A DNA stretch of 64,000 nucleotides. It comes from an uncultured virus (IMG/VR IMGVR_UViG_2579778687_000002) (taxonomy: Duplodnaviria; Heunggongvirae; Uroviricota; Caudoviricetes). The position numbers and the translations under genes were made by a program. Location: IMG/VR virus record IMGVR_UViG_2579778687_000002. One strand, given 5' to 3'. This document shows positions 47,254 to 55,712 of the stretch, piece by piece (positions within the stretch are counted from its first letter, which is position 1; the number at the start of each line of letters is the position of its first letter). Below the pieces are notes generated by a model. It searched no databases. It was not told where the DNA came from and saw only the letters and a program-made list of their open reading frames with translations.

Positions 47254-47823
47254 TTATTGGGAAACTAACGACTTACATCTGGACTCCATTCGCTTTCTTG
47301 CTGTTTCAGCTTTAGAAACAATTCTTAAGAGACCCTCACCATCAATTTTGTAATATATCTTTCCAGCCTTGGGAGCTATGTAATCTTCAAGATCTTTAGT
47401 CAGTTGAAAAACGTCTAAGAAATCAGCTAAATCCTCGCAATTTCTCAATTTATCCAGGTCAACAAACTTGAACAGCTCTCTGGCATTCCTAAGCATATTC
47501 ACCTGATTTTTTATTTGTTCTTCATAGACATATTCACGATGTTCTTCAACGACCTGAACAATGATTCTCTCTGCATAATGGGCAATTGAGACCATCTTCC
47601 TAAGCCTGTTCTCTTGCTCCTCCTCACGATCTAACTCCGACTGCCTATGCTGTGTATCAGCTATATAAAACGCATAACAGATTGCCAGCACCGAACCGAT
47701 AGCCTGAACCCAGGCTGCCGCGACAGAGTTTGTACCTCCATCAGCTGCAACCATAAATATAATCGCCACAACAACCAAAAAAAGCCCAACTCCGACAACC
47801 TTAACTCCAGTCTTCCCATCCAT
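47254..47823 (-). CDS. AT-rich moron, two N-terminal TM helices
   Basis: 189 aa; AAAWVQAIGS motif; antisense to the operon; AGGAG SD. Confidence 0.8.
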   Translation of the reverse strand: MDGKTGVKVVGVGLFLVVVAIIFMVAADGGTNSVAAAWVQAIGSVLAICYAFYIADTQHRQSELDREEEQENRLRKMVSIAHYAERIIVQVVEEHREYVYEEQIKNQVNMLRNARELFKFVDLDKLRNCEDLADFLDVFQLTKDLEDYIAPKAGKIYYKIDGEGLLRIVSKAETARKRMESRCKSLVSQ

Positions 47824-47964
47824 AACAAGTAACTCCTGTGTTTTTCTAATTTATATAGCACTTTCTCCGCCCGCATTCGCATGAACGCTCCCCGCCTCCC
47901 CATCGGGCCAGCCCGGCGGCGCGAGCGTTCAGCCGAATGCAGGTGAACCACGGAGAGCATCCCG

Positions 47965-48108
47965 ATGTGGACATACCGCGAGCGCCGCAACCGCGCGGCT
48001 TTCAGCAACGCGCAACTCGCTTACGACCGTGCCGTCGACCCGCTCTGGGACCAGCCGGAACCGGAGCCCGAGGACGAGCAGGAGGACGACGATGGCCTGG
48101 GCGAATGA
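47965..48108 (+). CDS. 47-aa protein with acidic tail (not in ORF track)
   Basis: MWTYRERRNRAAFSNAQLAYDRAVDPLWDQPEPEPEDEQEDDDGLGE; GGAG SD. Confidence 0.6.
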   Translation: MWTYRERRNRAAFSNAQLAYDRAVDPLWDQPEPEPEDEQEDDDGLGE

Positions 48109-48313
48109 ACGCGCGGTGCTGATGATCGAGGAAGGCATTACGGCGATGCGCCGATCACCGTTCCCGCGCCCGGACCAGAAGTTCGTCCACGGCCAAATTG
48201 AACTGGCCTATGCGGTCGGCTTCATCGACACCCGTATTTACGACGACATGCGCCACCGGCTCGACGCCGCGTCGGACGCCCGCTGGGCAGAACTCAGGAG
48301 CACTCGGGTATGA
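48092..48313 (+). CDS. hypothetical protein
   Basis: MAWANERAV...; GGAGG SD; overlaps neighbours. Confidence 0.6.
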   Translation: MAWANERAVLMIEEGITAMRRSPFPRPDQKFVHGQIELAYAVGFIDTRIYDDMRHRLDAASDARWAELRSTRV

Positions 48314-48681
48314 ATCCAATCACCCGCTTTCAAGTCCGGGCCGGCCGAGACGCAGCTAGCCGCTGTGAGTTCGTTCGGGAAACGAAGGCCTACTACGTTC
48401 GAGCCGACGGCACGCGCATCGCGAAGCGCGCTGATTGGTACAGGTTCTACGCCACCGAACAGGAAGCGCAGTCTGCAATCGAGCGCGACAACCGCAAGCG
48501 GGCGGAACGCGCAGCACGGCGGCGCGTTGAAAGCTACGGCCCCGAATTACTCATCGCCCTGGAGCAGGCGTACTGCGCGCTGGTCGGCTATCTGCCGCAC
48601 CATCGCAACGCGATCACAACTGCGGCGATCGAGGCGGCCCGAAGCGCAATCGACAAAGCCAAGGGAGGGGCCTCCGCATGA
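48310..48681 (+). CDS. hypothetical protein
   Basis: 123 aa; C-terminal PELLIALE...ARSAIDKAKG module common in phage early genes; ATGA overlaps. Confidence 0.7.
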   Translation: MNPITRFQVRAGRDAASRCEFVRETKAYYVRADGTRIAKRADWYRFYATEQEAQSAIERDNRKRAERAARRRVESYGPELLIALEQAYCALVGYLPHHRNAITTAAIEAARSAIDKAKGGASA

Positions 48682-48797
48682 AGCCAAATGCGACTGGCGC
48701 CCGCCGGGCGCTCACCGAAGTTGCGTCGGCCATCGGCGTGCTGGCCCTGGTGGCTCCGTTCTACGGCTGGCTGATCTACAGGATGCTCCCGACATGA
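48678..48797 (+). CDS. 39-aa membrane peptide
   Basis: MKPNATGARRALTEVASAIGVLALVAPFYGWLIYRMLPT; ATGA overlaps at both ends. Confidence 0.55.
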   Translation: MKPNATGARRALTEVASAIGVLALVAPFYGWLIYRMLPT

Positions 48798-48931
48798 ACG
48801 CGAAGCGCAAAGCCATCTGGTACGGCGCCCTCGGCGCAGCCGCTCTCTACATCATCCTGATGCTCGGACCAGCTATCGGCGGCCGCATCACTGCAGAACA
48901 CCCCGCTACGGCACCAACCGCCGCTAAGTGA
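48794..48931 (+). CDS. 45-aa membrane peptide
   Basis: MNAKRKAIWYGALGAAALYIILMLGPAIGG... Confidence 0.55.
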   Translation: MNAKRKAIWYGALGAAALYIILMLGPAIGGRITAEHPATAPTAAK

Positions 48932-48951
48932 TCCCAATTACCGGAGAAACC

Positions 48952-49650
48952 ATGGACGACACCATCCTCATTTACCGCGCGACCTACGGCACTCCCGAGC
49001 AAGTCGCCCAGCTCTACGCGGCCTTCGCGAAAGCTCAGGGGGCATTCGAGCCGATCGCAAAAAACCGCGAAGTCGAAATTCCCATCAAAGACAAAAACAC
49101 CGGCGCGCAACGCGGTTCCTACAAGTTCCGCTACGCCGATCTCGAGGAAATCAACAGCAAGACCCGAAAACCGCTCAGCGAAAACGGCCTGGGCACTATG
49201 CAGTCGATCGGGCGCAGCACCACGACCACCGGGACCTCGATCTACACGCGCCTGACCCACGCCGGCGGCGCCTGTATCGAGGATGAAATCCCTCTCCCCG
49301 CGCAAGACAAACGCGACATCAAGGACTACGGCGCGATCGTGTCCTACCTCCGCCGCTACGCCAAGACCGCGCTGCTGGACATCGCCGCCGACGACGACCT
49401 CGACGCCAACGGTGACCGGGACGACGACACCCAACCGGGCGCACAGGCAGAGCAGCAGCCGGAGGGCAACGGCAAACCGTCGTACCCGGACGAGAAGCTG
49501 GAGAAGATGCTGCCGCAATGGCGAAACCTCATCACCAGCGGCAAGAAGACCGCCGACCAGGTTATCGCCACGGTCAGCAGCGGCAACACCCTATCCCCCC
49601 AACAGGTCGAGAAGATCCGCGGCCTGGTCACCGTAGGAGCATCCGCATGA
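48952..49650 (+). CDS. erf: ERF-family single-strand annealing recombinase
   Basis: KFRYADLEEI, YGAIVSYLRRY, DDDLD motifs. Confidence 0.85.
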   Translation: MDDTILIYRATYGTPEQVAQLYAAFAKAQGAFEPIAKNREVEIPIKDKNTGAQRGSYKFRYADLEEINSKTRKPLSENGLGTMQSIGRSTTTTGTSIYTRLTHAGGACIEDEIPLPAQDKRDIKDYGAIVSYLRRYAKTALLDIAADDDLDANGDRDDDTQPGAQAEQQPEGNGKPSYPDEKLEKMLPQWRNLITSGKKTADQVIATVSSGNTLSPQQVEKIRGLVTVGASA

Positions 49651-51284
49651 TCATCCACAACGTAGTCCAAGGCTCGCCGGAATGGCACGCGCTGCGTGCC
49701 CAGCACTTCACCGCTTCCGAGGCTCCGGCCATGATGGGCGCCTCGAAGTACCAGTCGCGCAGCGACCTACTAAAGCAGAAGAAGACCGGCCTGGCCGCCG
49801 AGGTCAGCCAGCACCAGCAGGCGCTGTTCAACCGCGGTCATGCCGCTGAAGCTGCCGCCCGGCTGATCGTCGAGGAGATGATCGGCGAGGAGCTGTACCC
49901 GGTCACCGCAACCGAGGGCAACTTGCTGGCGAGCATGGACGGCATGGACATGGCCGAGACCGTCCTGTTCGAGCACAAGCTGTGGAATGCCAACCTCGTC
50001 GCCCAGGTCCGCGCTGGCGAACTGGAGCCGCACTACTACTGGCAGTTGGAACAGCAGTTGCTGGTCAGCGCCGCCGAGCGCGTGATCTTCGTCTGCTCCG
50101 ACGGCACCCGCGCCAACTTCGTTCACATGGAATACCGCCCGGTCGCCGGCCGCGCCGAAGCGCTGCAGGCTGGCTGGCGCCAGTTCGCCGCCGACCTCGA
50201 GGCCTTCGAAGTCGAGGCGCCCAAGGCCGAAGCCGTGGGCCGCGCGCCGGAGCACCTGCCGGCCCTGCGCATCAAGGTCACCGGCATGGTCGAGGCCAGC
50301 AACCTGGCAGAATTCAAGGCCACCGCCCTGGGCGTGCTGGCCAAGATCAACACCGACCTGACCACCGATCAGCACTTCGCCGACGCGGCGCTGACCGTGA
50401 AGTGGTGCGAGAACGTCGAGGAGCGCCTGGAGGCGGCGAAGCAGCATGCGCTGAGTCAGACGGCCTCGATCGACGAGCTGTTCCGCACCATCGACGAGAT
50501 CGCCGCGGAAACGCGGAACAAGCGTCTGACGCTGAAGAAGCTGGTCGATACTCAGAAGGAAGCCATCCGCTTGAAGATCAAGGGCAAGGCCGAGCAGGAC
50601 TTCTGCGACTACGTGGCGGCCATCAACCAGCGCCTGGGCAAGGTGCAACTGCCGGTCATCCCTGTCGACTTCGCCAACGCCATCAAGGGCAAGAAGACGA
50701 TCACCGGACTGCAGGATGGCGCCAACGGCGAGTTGGCCCGAGCGAAGATCGAGGCCGACAAGTGGGCCACGCTCATCGAGCAGAACCTGGCCAGCCTGCG
50801 CGAACTGGCGACCGACCACGCCTTCCTGTTCAGCGATGCGCAGCAGTTGGTGCTGAAGGCCAACGACGACCTGATGCTGCTGATCAACGCGCGCATCGCC
50901 GAGCACCAGGCGGAAGAGGAGCGCCGCCTCGAGGCCGAACGCGAACGCATCCGCGAAGAGGAGCGCCAGCGCCTGGAACTCGAGCAGCAGGAAGCCGCTA
51001 CCGCGCAGCAACCGGATCCCGTAGCCGAGCCGGAGCCAGTTCCCGCTGCACCGGCCCCTGCCCGCGCCGCCGGACGCTCTCGCACTGCGACTGCACCGAC
51101 CACCCAATGGATCGCCCGCGTCACCGACAAGTCCGCGCTCATCGCAGCGATTGCCGCGGGCCACACCACCGAGGACCTGCTGATCATCAACCAGCCGGCC
51201 CTGGACAGCCTGGCCAACAGCAATGGCCAAACGCTGAACCTACCGGGCGTGATCGTCGAGAAGGCACCCGCGAAAGCGGCCTGA
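49647..51284 (+). CDS. YqaJ/lambda-exonuclease-family nuclease with long helical C terminus
   Basis: QGSPEWHALR, TASEA, ASMDG, FEHK, YYWQLEQQL motifs. Confidence 0.88.
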   Translation: MIIHNVVQGSPEWHALRAQHFTASEAPAMMGASKYQSRSDLLKQKKTGLAAEVSQHQQALFNRGHAAEAAARLIVEEMIGEELYPVTATEGNLLASMDGMDMAETVLFEHKLWNANLVAQVRAGELEPHYYWQLEQQLLVSAAERVIFVCSDGTRANFVHMEYRPVAGRAEALQAGWRQFAADLEAFEVEAPKAEAVGRAPEHLPALRIKVTGMVEASNLAEFKATALGVLAKINTDLTTDQHFADAALTVKWCENVEERLEAAKQHALSQTASIDELFRTIDEIAAETRNKRLTLKKLVDTQKEAIRLKIKGKAEQDFCDYVAAINQRLGKVQLPVIPVDFANAIKGKKTITGLQDGANGELARAKIEADKWATLIEQNLASLRELATDHAFLFSDAQQLVLKANDDLMLLINARIAEHQAEEERRLEAERERIREEERQRLELEQQEAATAQQPDPVAEPEPVPAAPAPARAAGRSRTATAPTTQWIARVTDKSALIAAIAAGHTTEDLLIINQPALDSLANSNGQTLNLPGVIVEKAPAKAA

Positions 51285-51405
51285 CCATCCCCTCCGCCTG
51301 CCCCCTCTCCCTCGAACCGCCTGCGCCGGCGCCCGCCGCCGGTGCGGCATCCGGGTGCGCGTTCATCGAGCGCGCAGCCTGATGCCCAACCACTGAGGAC
51401 AGACC

Positions 51406-52011
51406 ATGCTCACCAACATTTTCGACTTCGAAACGACGGGTATTCCCGAGTGGAAGTTGCCCAGTGAAGACCCGTGCCAGCCCCACATCGTAGAAGTTGC
51501 CGCTCTGCTCTGCGATGCCGCCGGCAACACCATCGATCGCTTTGAGGCGATCGTGCGACCCAACGGCTGGGAAATCACCCCCGAAATGACAGCGATCCAC
51601 GGCATCAGCCACGAACAGGCGATGGATGTTGGCATCAGCGAGGCCGAGGCTCTGGAGGGCTTTCTTGCGATCAACGGCCGCGCAGCCCGCCGCGCGGCGC
51701 ACAACATCAGCTTCGACGACCGTATCACTCGCATCGCGCTGATGCGCTACCAGGACGAGGATGCGGCCAACGCCTTCAAGGAATCGGGTGAGAAGTTCTG
51801 CACCTGCTATCGCTCCCGCGCACAGGTCGCGCTTCCCCGCAACAAGCTGCCGACCTTGGCCGAGGCATACAAGCACTTCACCGGGGAGGACCTGGTGGAG
51901 GCTCACCGCGCTATGCCGGACGCCCAAGCCTGCGCCCGCATCTACTTCGCTTTGCAGGGAGTCGATGTGGCGCCGGCCAGTTCGGTGCCGCCGGCTGAGG
52001 CGGAGGCCTGA
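51406..52011 (+). CDS. DEDDh 3'-5' exonuclease
   Basis: FDFETTG, AHNISFD, AHRAMPDA. Confidence 0.92.
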   Translation: MLTNIFDFETTGIPEWKLPSEDPCQPHIVEVAALLCDAAGNTIDRFEAIVRPNGWEITPEMTAIHGISHEQAMDVGISEAEALEGFLAINGRAARRAAHNISFDDRITRIALMRYQDEDAANAFKESGEKFCTCYRSRAQVALPRNKLPTLAEAYKHFTGEDLVEAHRAMPDAQACARIYFALQGVDVAPASSVPPAEAEA

Positions 52012-52014
52012 GCC

Positions 52015-52512
52015 ATGGCACGCGGAGTGAACAAGGTAATCCTGGTCGGCCATCTGGGCCAGGATCCAGACGCAAGATCTACCCCGGGCGGAAAGGCGGT
52101 CACCTCCCTCAGTCTGGCCACTAGCGAAAGCTGGAAAGACAAGCAGACCGGCCAGCAGCAGGAGCGCACCGAGTGGCACCGGGTCGTGCTCTTTGGCCGG
52201 CTGGTCGAAATCGCAGCGCAATACCTGCGAAAGGGCTCCCAGGTCTACATCGAAGGCAGCCTACGCACCCGCAAGTGGCAGGGCCAGGACGGCCAGGACC
52301 ACTACAGCACCGAGGTAGTGGTCGACATCAACGGCAACATGCAACTGCTCGGCGGCAAGCCTGAGCAGGCAGGCCAGTCGCGTGGCCCTGGCCGCGAGCC
52401 GCCACCGCGGCCGACCACTCACCACCAGCCGCAACCGGCAACCGACTACGACAGCTACGACGACGACATTCCGTTCGATGACCCCTATCGCCTGCTCTGG
52501 CGTCTCGTGTAA
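52015..52512 (+). CDS. ssb: single-stranded DNA-binding protein
   Basis: [24 protein letters not shown]. Confidence 0.95.
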   Translation: MARGVNKVILVGHLGQDPDARSTPGGKAVTSLSLATSESWKDKQTGQQQERTEWHRVVLFGRLVEIAAQYLRKGSQVYIEGSLRTRKWQGQDGQDHYSTEVVVDINGNMQLLGGKPEQAGQSRGPGREPPPRPTTHHQPQPATDYDSYDDDIPFDDPYRLLWRLV

Positions 52513-52538
52513 GCGCCAGGCCACCCAGGAGACACCCC

Positions 52539-53759
52539 ATGTGGTTCCGCAACCTGCAAATCTACCGCCTCACCCAAGACCTGCAAATCGACGCCGCGGC
52601 GCTGGAGCAGGCCCTGGCCAGCAAGCCGGCACGCCCCTGCGAAAGCCAGGAACTGACCACCTACGGCTTCGCCGCTCCGTTCGGCAAGGGCCCGAACGCA
52701 CCGCTGGTGCACGCCAGCCGCGGCTTCCTGCTCATCTCCACCCGAAAGCAGGAGCGCCTGCTGCCCGACAGCGTAGTGCGCGACGAACTGGCCGAGAAGG
52801 TCGAGCAAATCGAAACCGACCAGATGCGCAAGGTGTTCAAGAAGGAGCGCGACCAGCTCAAGGACGAGATCGTCCAGACGCTGCTGCCACGGGCTTTCAT
52901 TCGCAAGTCCAGCACGTTCGCCGCGCTGGACCTTGAGCAAGGCCTGGTGCTGATCGACACCAACAGCGCAAAGAAGGCCGAGGACCTACTGTCCACCCTG
53001 CGCGAAGCCCTGGGCTCGCTGCCGGTACGCCCGCTCAGCGTGAAGGTCGCGCCCAGTGCAACCCTCACCGACTGGATGAAGGACCAGGCCGCCGGCGGCG
53101 ACTTCCACGTGCTGGACAGCGCGGTACTCGCCGACACCCACGAGGACGGCGGCAAGGTCGTGGCCACCCGCCAGGACATGACCAGCGAGGAAATGCAGTT
53201 ACACCTGTCCTCCGGGAAGCTGGTCACCCAGGTGGCCCTGGCCTGGTCGGACAAGCTCAGCTTCGTGCTCGACACCAAGCTGGCGATCAAGCGCCTGCGC
53301 TTCGACGACCTGCTGCAGGAGCAGGCTGAGAAGGACGGCGGCGACGATGCCGCCGGCCAGCTCGACGCCAGCTTCGTCCTGATGATGCTCACCTTCCGCG
53401 AGTTCATACCGCAACTGCTGGAGGCCTTGGGCGGCGAAGAGTTCCCGCAGGGAATCGACGGTGCGTACGATGAGCCCGAGCCAGCGCCTGGCGCCGGCAT
53501 CGACGTAACCAAGGCGCTAGGGATGCGCGACGGTATCACCGCGACCCTCCATATCCCCCAGGTCAACGGGCCCGGTGACGACCCGCTGCTGAAGGAGGCC
53601 ATCCGCTTCGTCCGCGAGACGCGCCGCGCTTCGATCTCCGCCATCCAGCGCAAACTCAAGATCGGCTACAACCGCGCGGCACGCCTGGTAGAGGAAATGG
53701 AATTGCTGGATATCGTCGGGCCGATGCAGGGAGACGGATCTCGCGAGGTTCTGTCGTGA
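52539..53759 (+). CDS. rdgC: RdgC recombination-associated protein with C-terminal FtsK-gamma domain
   Basis: [23 protein letters not shown] motifs; C-terminal [25 protein letters not shown]. Confidence 0.92.
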   Translation: MWFRNLQIYRLTQDLQIDAAALEQALASKPARPCESQELTTYGFAAPFGKGPNAPLVHASRGFLLISTRKQERLLPDSVVRDELAEKVEQIETDQMRKVFKKERDQLKDEIVQTLLPRAFIRKSSTFAALDLEQGLVLIDTNSAKKAEDLLSTLREALGSLPVRPLSVKVAPSATLTDWMKDQAAGGDFHVLDSAVLADTHEDGGKVVATRQDMTSEEMQLHLSSGKLVTQVALAWSDKLSFVLDTKLAIKRLRFDDLLQEQAEKDGGDDAAGQLDASFVLMMLTFREFIPQLLEALGGEEFPQGIDGAYDEPEPAPGAGIDVTKALGMRDGITATLHIPQVNGPGDDPLLKEAIRFVRETRRASISAIQRKLKIGYNRAARLVEEMELLDIVGPMQGDGSREVLS

Positions 53760-53864
53760 AGTCGCCCCCATCGACGATGCAGAACGAAACGCTCGGGCAC
53801 ATCCGAGCGTTCTGGGCGGAGAAAGGCCACACGTGCAGCATTCGGTTTCAGTAGAGACGGCGAG

Positions 53865-54179
53865 TTACAACCCCTTTTGAAGTGAGCGCTTGGCATGCGC
53901 GACTATGCCGGCCTTGAGCATTTCTGCCCAACTCTCGAAAGGAGTCTCACTACGGACATAAGCGTCCCATGGCTCGTCTGGAATCGCCCGTAGATCTTCC
54001 GCAGTTTCAACCTTATAACCGGCACCACGAGCAAACTCGTCGAAATTCGCAAACTTGCTGTTAGACGAAATAAAGCTGGGACTCATGATCTCGCTAAACG
54101 GCACTTGATGCGTGCCATCGAGTTGCTTGAGGTTTTGCTGCAGACGCTTCAGGCCAGACAGATTCATCTTGATAGGCAT
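53865..54179 (-). CDS. accessory hypothetical protein (moron)
   Basis: 104 aa from MPIKMNLSG; AT-richer; antisense to the operon. Confidence 0.7.
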   Translation of the reverse strand: MPIKMNLSGLKRLQQNLKQLDGTHQVPFSEIMSPSFISSNSKFANFDEFARGAGYKVETAEDLRAIPDEPWDAYVRSETPFESWAEMLKAGIVAHAKRSLQKGL

Positions 54180-54315
54180 AGATCCCCCTAGTTGGTCAAG
54201 TAATAGCACCGTGACTTCACCATCGAGTTTTAGGGCAATCGATCTGCATTTCAAGCTCAGTTTATTCCTCTAGGTCGTGGTCACCAGCTCCAGGCTGCGG
54301 CCTGACCCTCGATAC

Positions 54316-54342
54316 AGCGCCCCACCTGGGGCGCTTTCTCTT
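54316..54342 (+). terminator. intrinsic terminator
   Basis: AGCGCCCC-acct-GGGGCGCT followed by TTCTCTT. Confidence 0.65.
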
Positions 54343-54468
54343 CCAGCACGCACCGGACGCCGCCCTGTGGGCGATTCAACCATGCCTCGTGGGCCGCCCT
54401 GTCAGGCAGGGCGGCGTCCAGTGCCTGTTCACGGAGTACTGACGTACTTCTAGCGGGTCGCGTACAGC

Positions 54469-54795
54469 CTAACGACTCTGGGTGTTGAGAACCTCATAGT
54501 TACGATCTGCATGCGCCTTGGTTACCCAAGTGTTCTTTGTCGACCTGGCTTGAGCCTTGGATCCGCTCAAAGTTTGGACCACTCGTCCCACGGCCTTCGA
54601 TGCAACAAGTGCAGCGCTTTCAACCTTTGTCGGAGAACCCCGATAGCCTGCGGCAGACCGAAAATGATTGAGGATGATGTCTTGCTGATAAGCAGGTGTT
54701 TGCTCTCCACCGATTGTTGATGCACCCACCGTCTCATACCGGTAATAGACCTTGGTGTCATCGAACACGATCTCGACGATTCTGAAGTCAGGCAT
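54469..54795 (-). CDS. accessory hypothetical protein (moron)
   Basis: 108 aa from MPDFRIVEI; GGAGGAG SD; antisense to the operon. Confidence 0.65.
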   Translation of the reverse strand: MPDFRIVEIVFDDTKVYYRYETVGASTIGGEQTPAYQQDIILNHFRSAAGYRGSPTKVESAALVASKAVGRVVQTLSGSKAQARSTKNTWVTKAHADRNYEVLNTQSR

Positions 54796-54911
54796 CTCTC
54801 CTCCCTGATCCGGCCCCATGCCGGGCCATCCAACTCTAGCCCCAACGACATCACTGCGCCATCACGCATAGCGCAGTGCGTCCTCACGTTCGCGAAAAGG
54901 AACCCCGCCGT

Positions 54912-55712
54912 ATGAGCAGTCAGGTCGACATCATCAAGCCCGAATCGCGCATCGTGGTCCAGTTCAGTTGCGGCGCGGCCTCTGCGGTCGCCGGCAAGCT
55001 GGCCCTGGCGCAGTACGGCGATACCCACGACGTCCAGTTCCTCAATGCCTATCTGGCCAACGAGCATCAGGACAACCGGCGCTTCCTTGCCGACTGCGAG
55101 GCATGGACTGGCCGGAAATTCACGGTGCTGCGCGACGAGAAGTACGGCGCCGACGTGCTCAACGTCTTCCGCCGCGAGCGCTACATGAAGGGCCGCACTG
55201 GCGCGCCCTGCACCAAGCTGCTGAAGCGTCGCCTGCTGGACACCTGGAAGCGTCCCGGCGACGTGATGGTGCTCGGCTTCACTGCGGAAGAAGAGCACCG
55301 GCTGGACGACTTCCGCGAGCGGAACCCCGACCGTCCGGTGATCGCGCCGCTGATTGAGCGTGGCCTGGGCAAGGAGGACTGCAAAGCCATCATCGCCCGC
55401 GCCGGCATCGAACTGCCGGCCATGTACCGCCTGGGCTACGAGAACGCGAACTGCATCGGCTGCGTGAAAGGCGGAGAAGGCTACTTCCGGGCGATCCGGG
55501 AGGACTTTCCCGAGCAGTTCGAAGCCTTGTGCATGGTGCAGGACGAGCTCGGCCCGGGTTCGTACCTCTTCCGCAACCGCCAGACCCAGGAACGCTACTC
55601 GCTCCGCGACCTTCCCTCCGGGCCGATCCGCCGCAACGAAGCCATTCCGGCGTGCAGCTTCTTCTGCGAGCTCGCCGAGGCCGACATCATCCATAAGGAA
55701 CCCGCCGCATGA
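54912..55712 (+). CDS. PAPS-reductase-like (adenine nucleotide alpha hydrolase) protein
   Basis: PP-loop-like FSCGAASA, PCTKLLK, NANCIGCVK, C-terminal CSFFC. Confidence 0.75.
   Translation: MSSQVDIIKPESRIVVQFSCGAASAVAGKLALAQYGDTHDVQFLNAYLANEHQDNRRFLADCEAWTGRKFTVLRDEKYGADVLNVFRRERYMKGRTGAPCTKLLKRRLLDTWKRPGDVMVLGFTAEEEHRLDDFRERNPDRPVIAPLIERGLGKEDCKAIIARAGIELPAMYRLGYENANCIGCVKGGEGYFRAIREDFPEQFEALCMVQDELGPGSYLFRNRQTQERYSLRDLPSGPIRRNEAIPACSFFCELAEADIIHKEPAA

Noticed and set aside
46085..48931. Named anti-CRISPR or aca genes among the small early ORFs
   Set aside because: I recognise no Acr family sequence or Aca HTH gene; left as hypothetical proteins
49770..53659. Long minus-strand ORFs (486, 344, 332 aa) opposite the recombination genes
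   Set aside because: Antisense shadows of well-supported plus-strand genes
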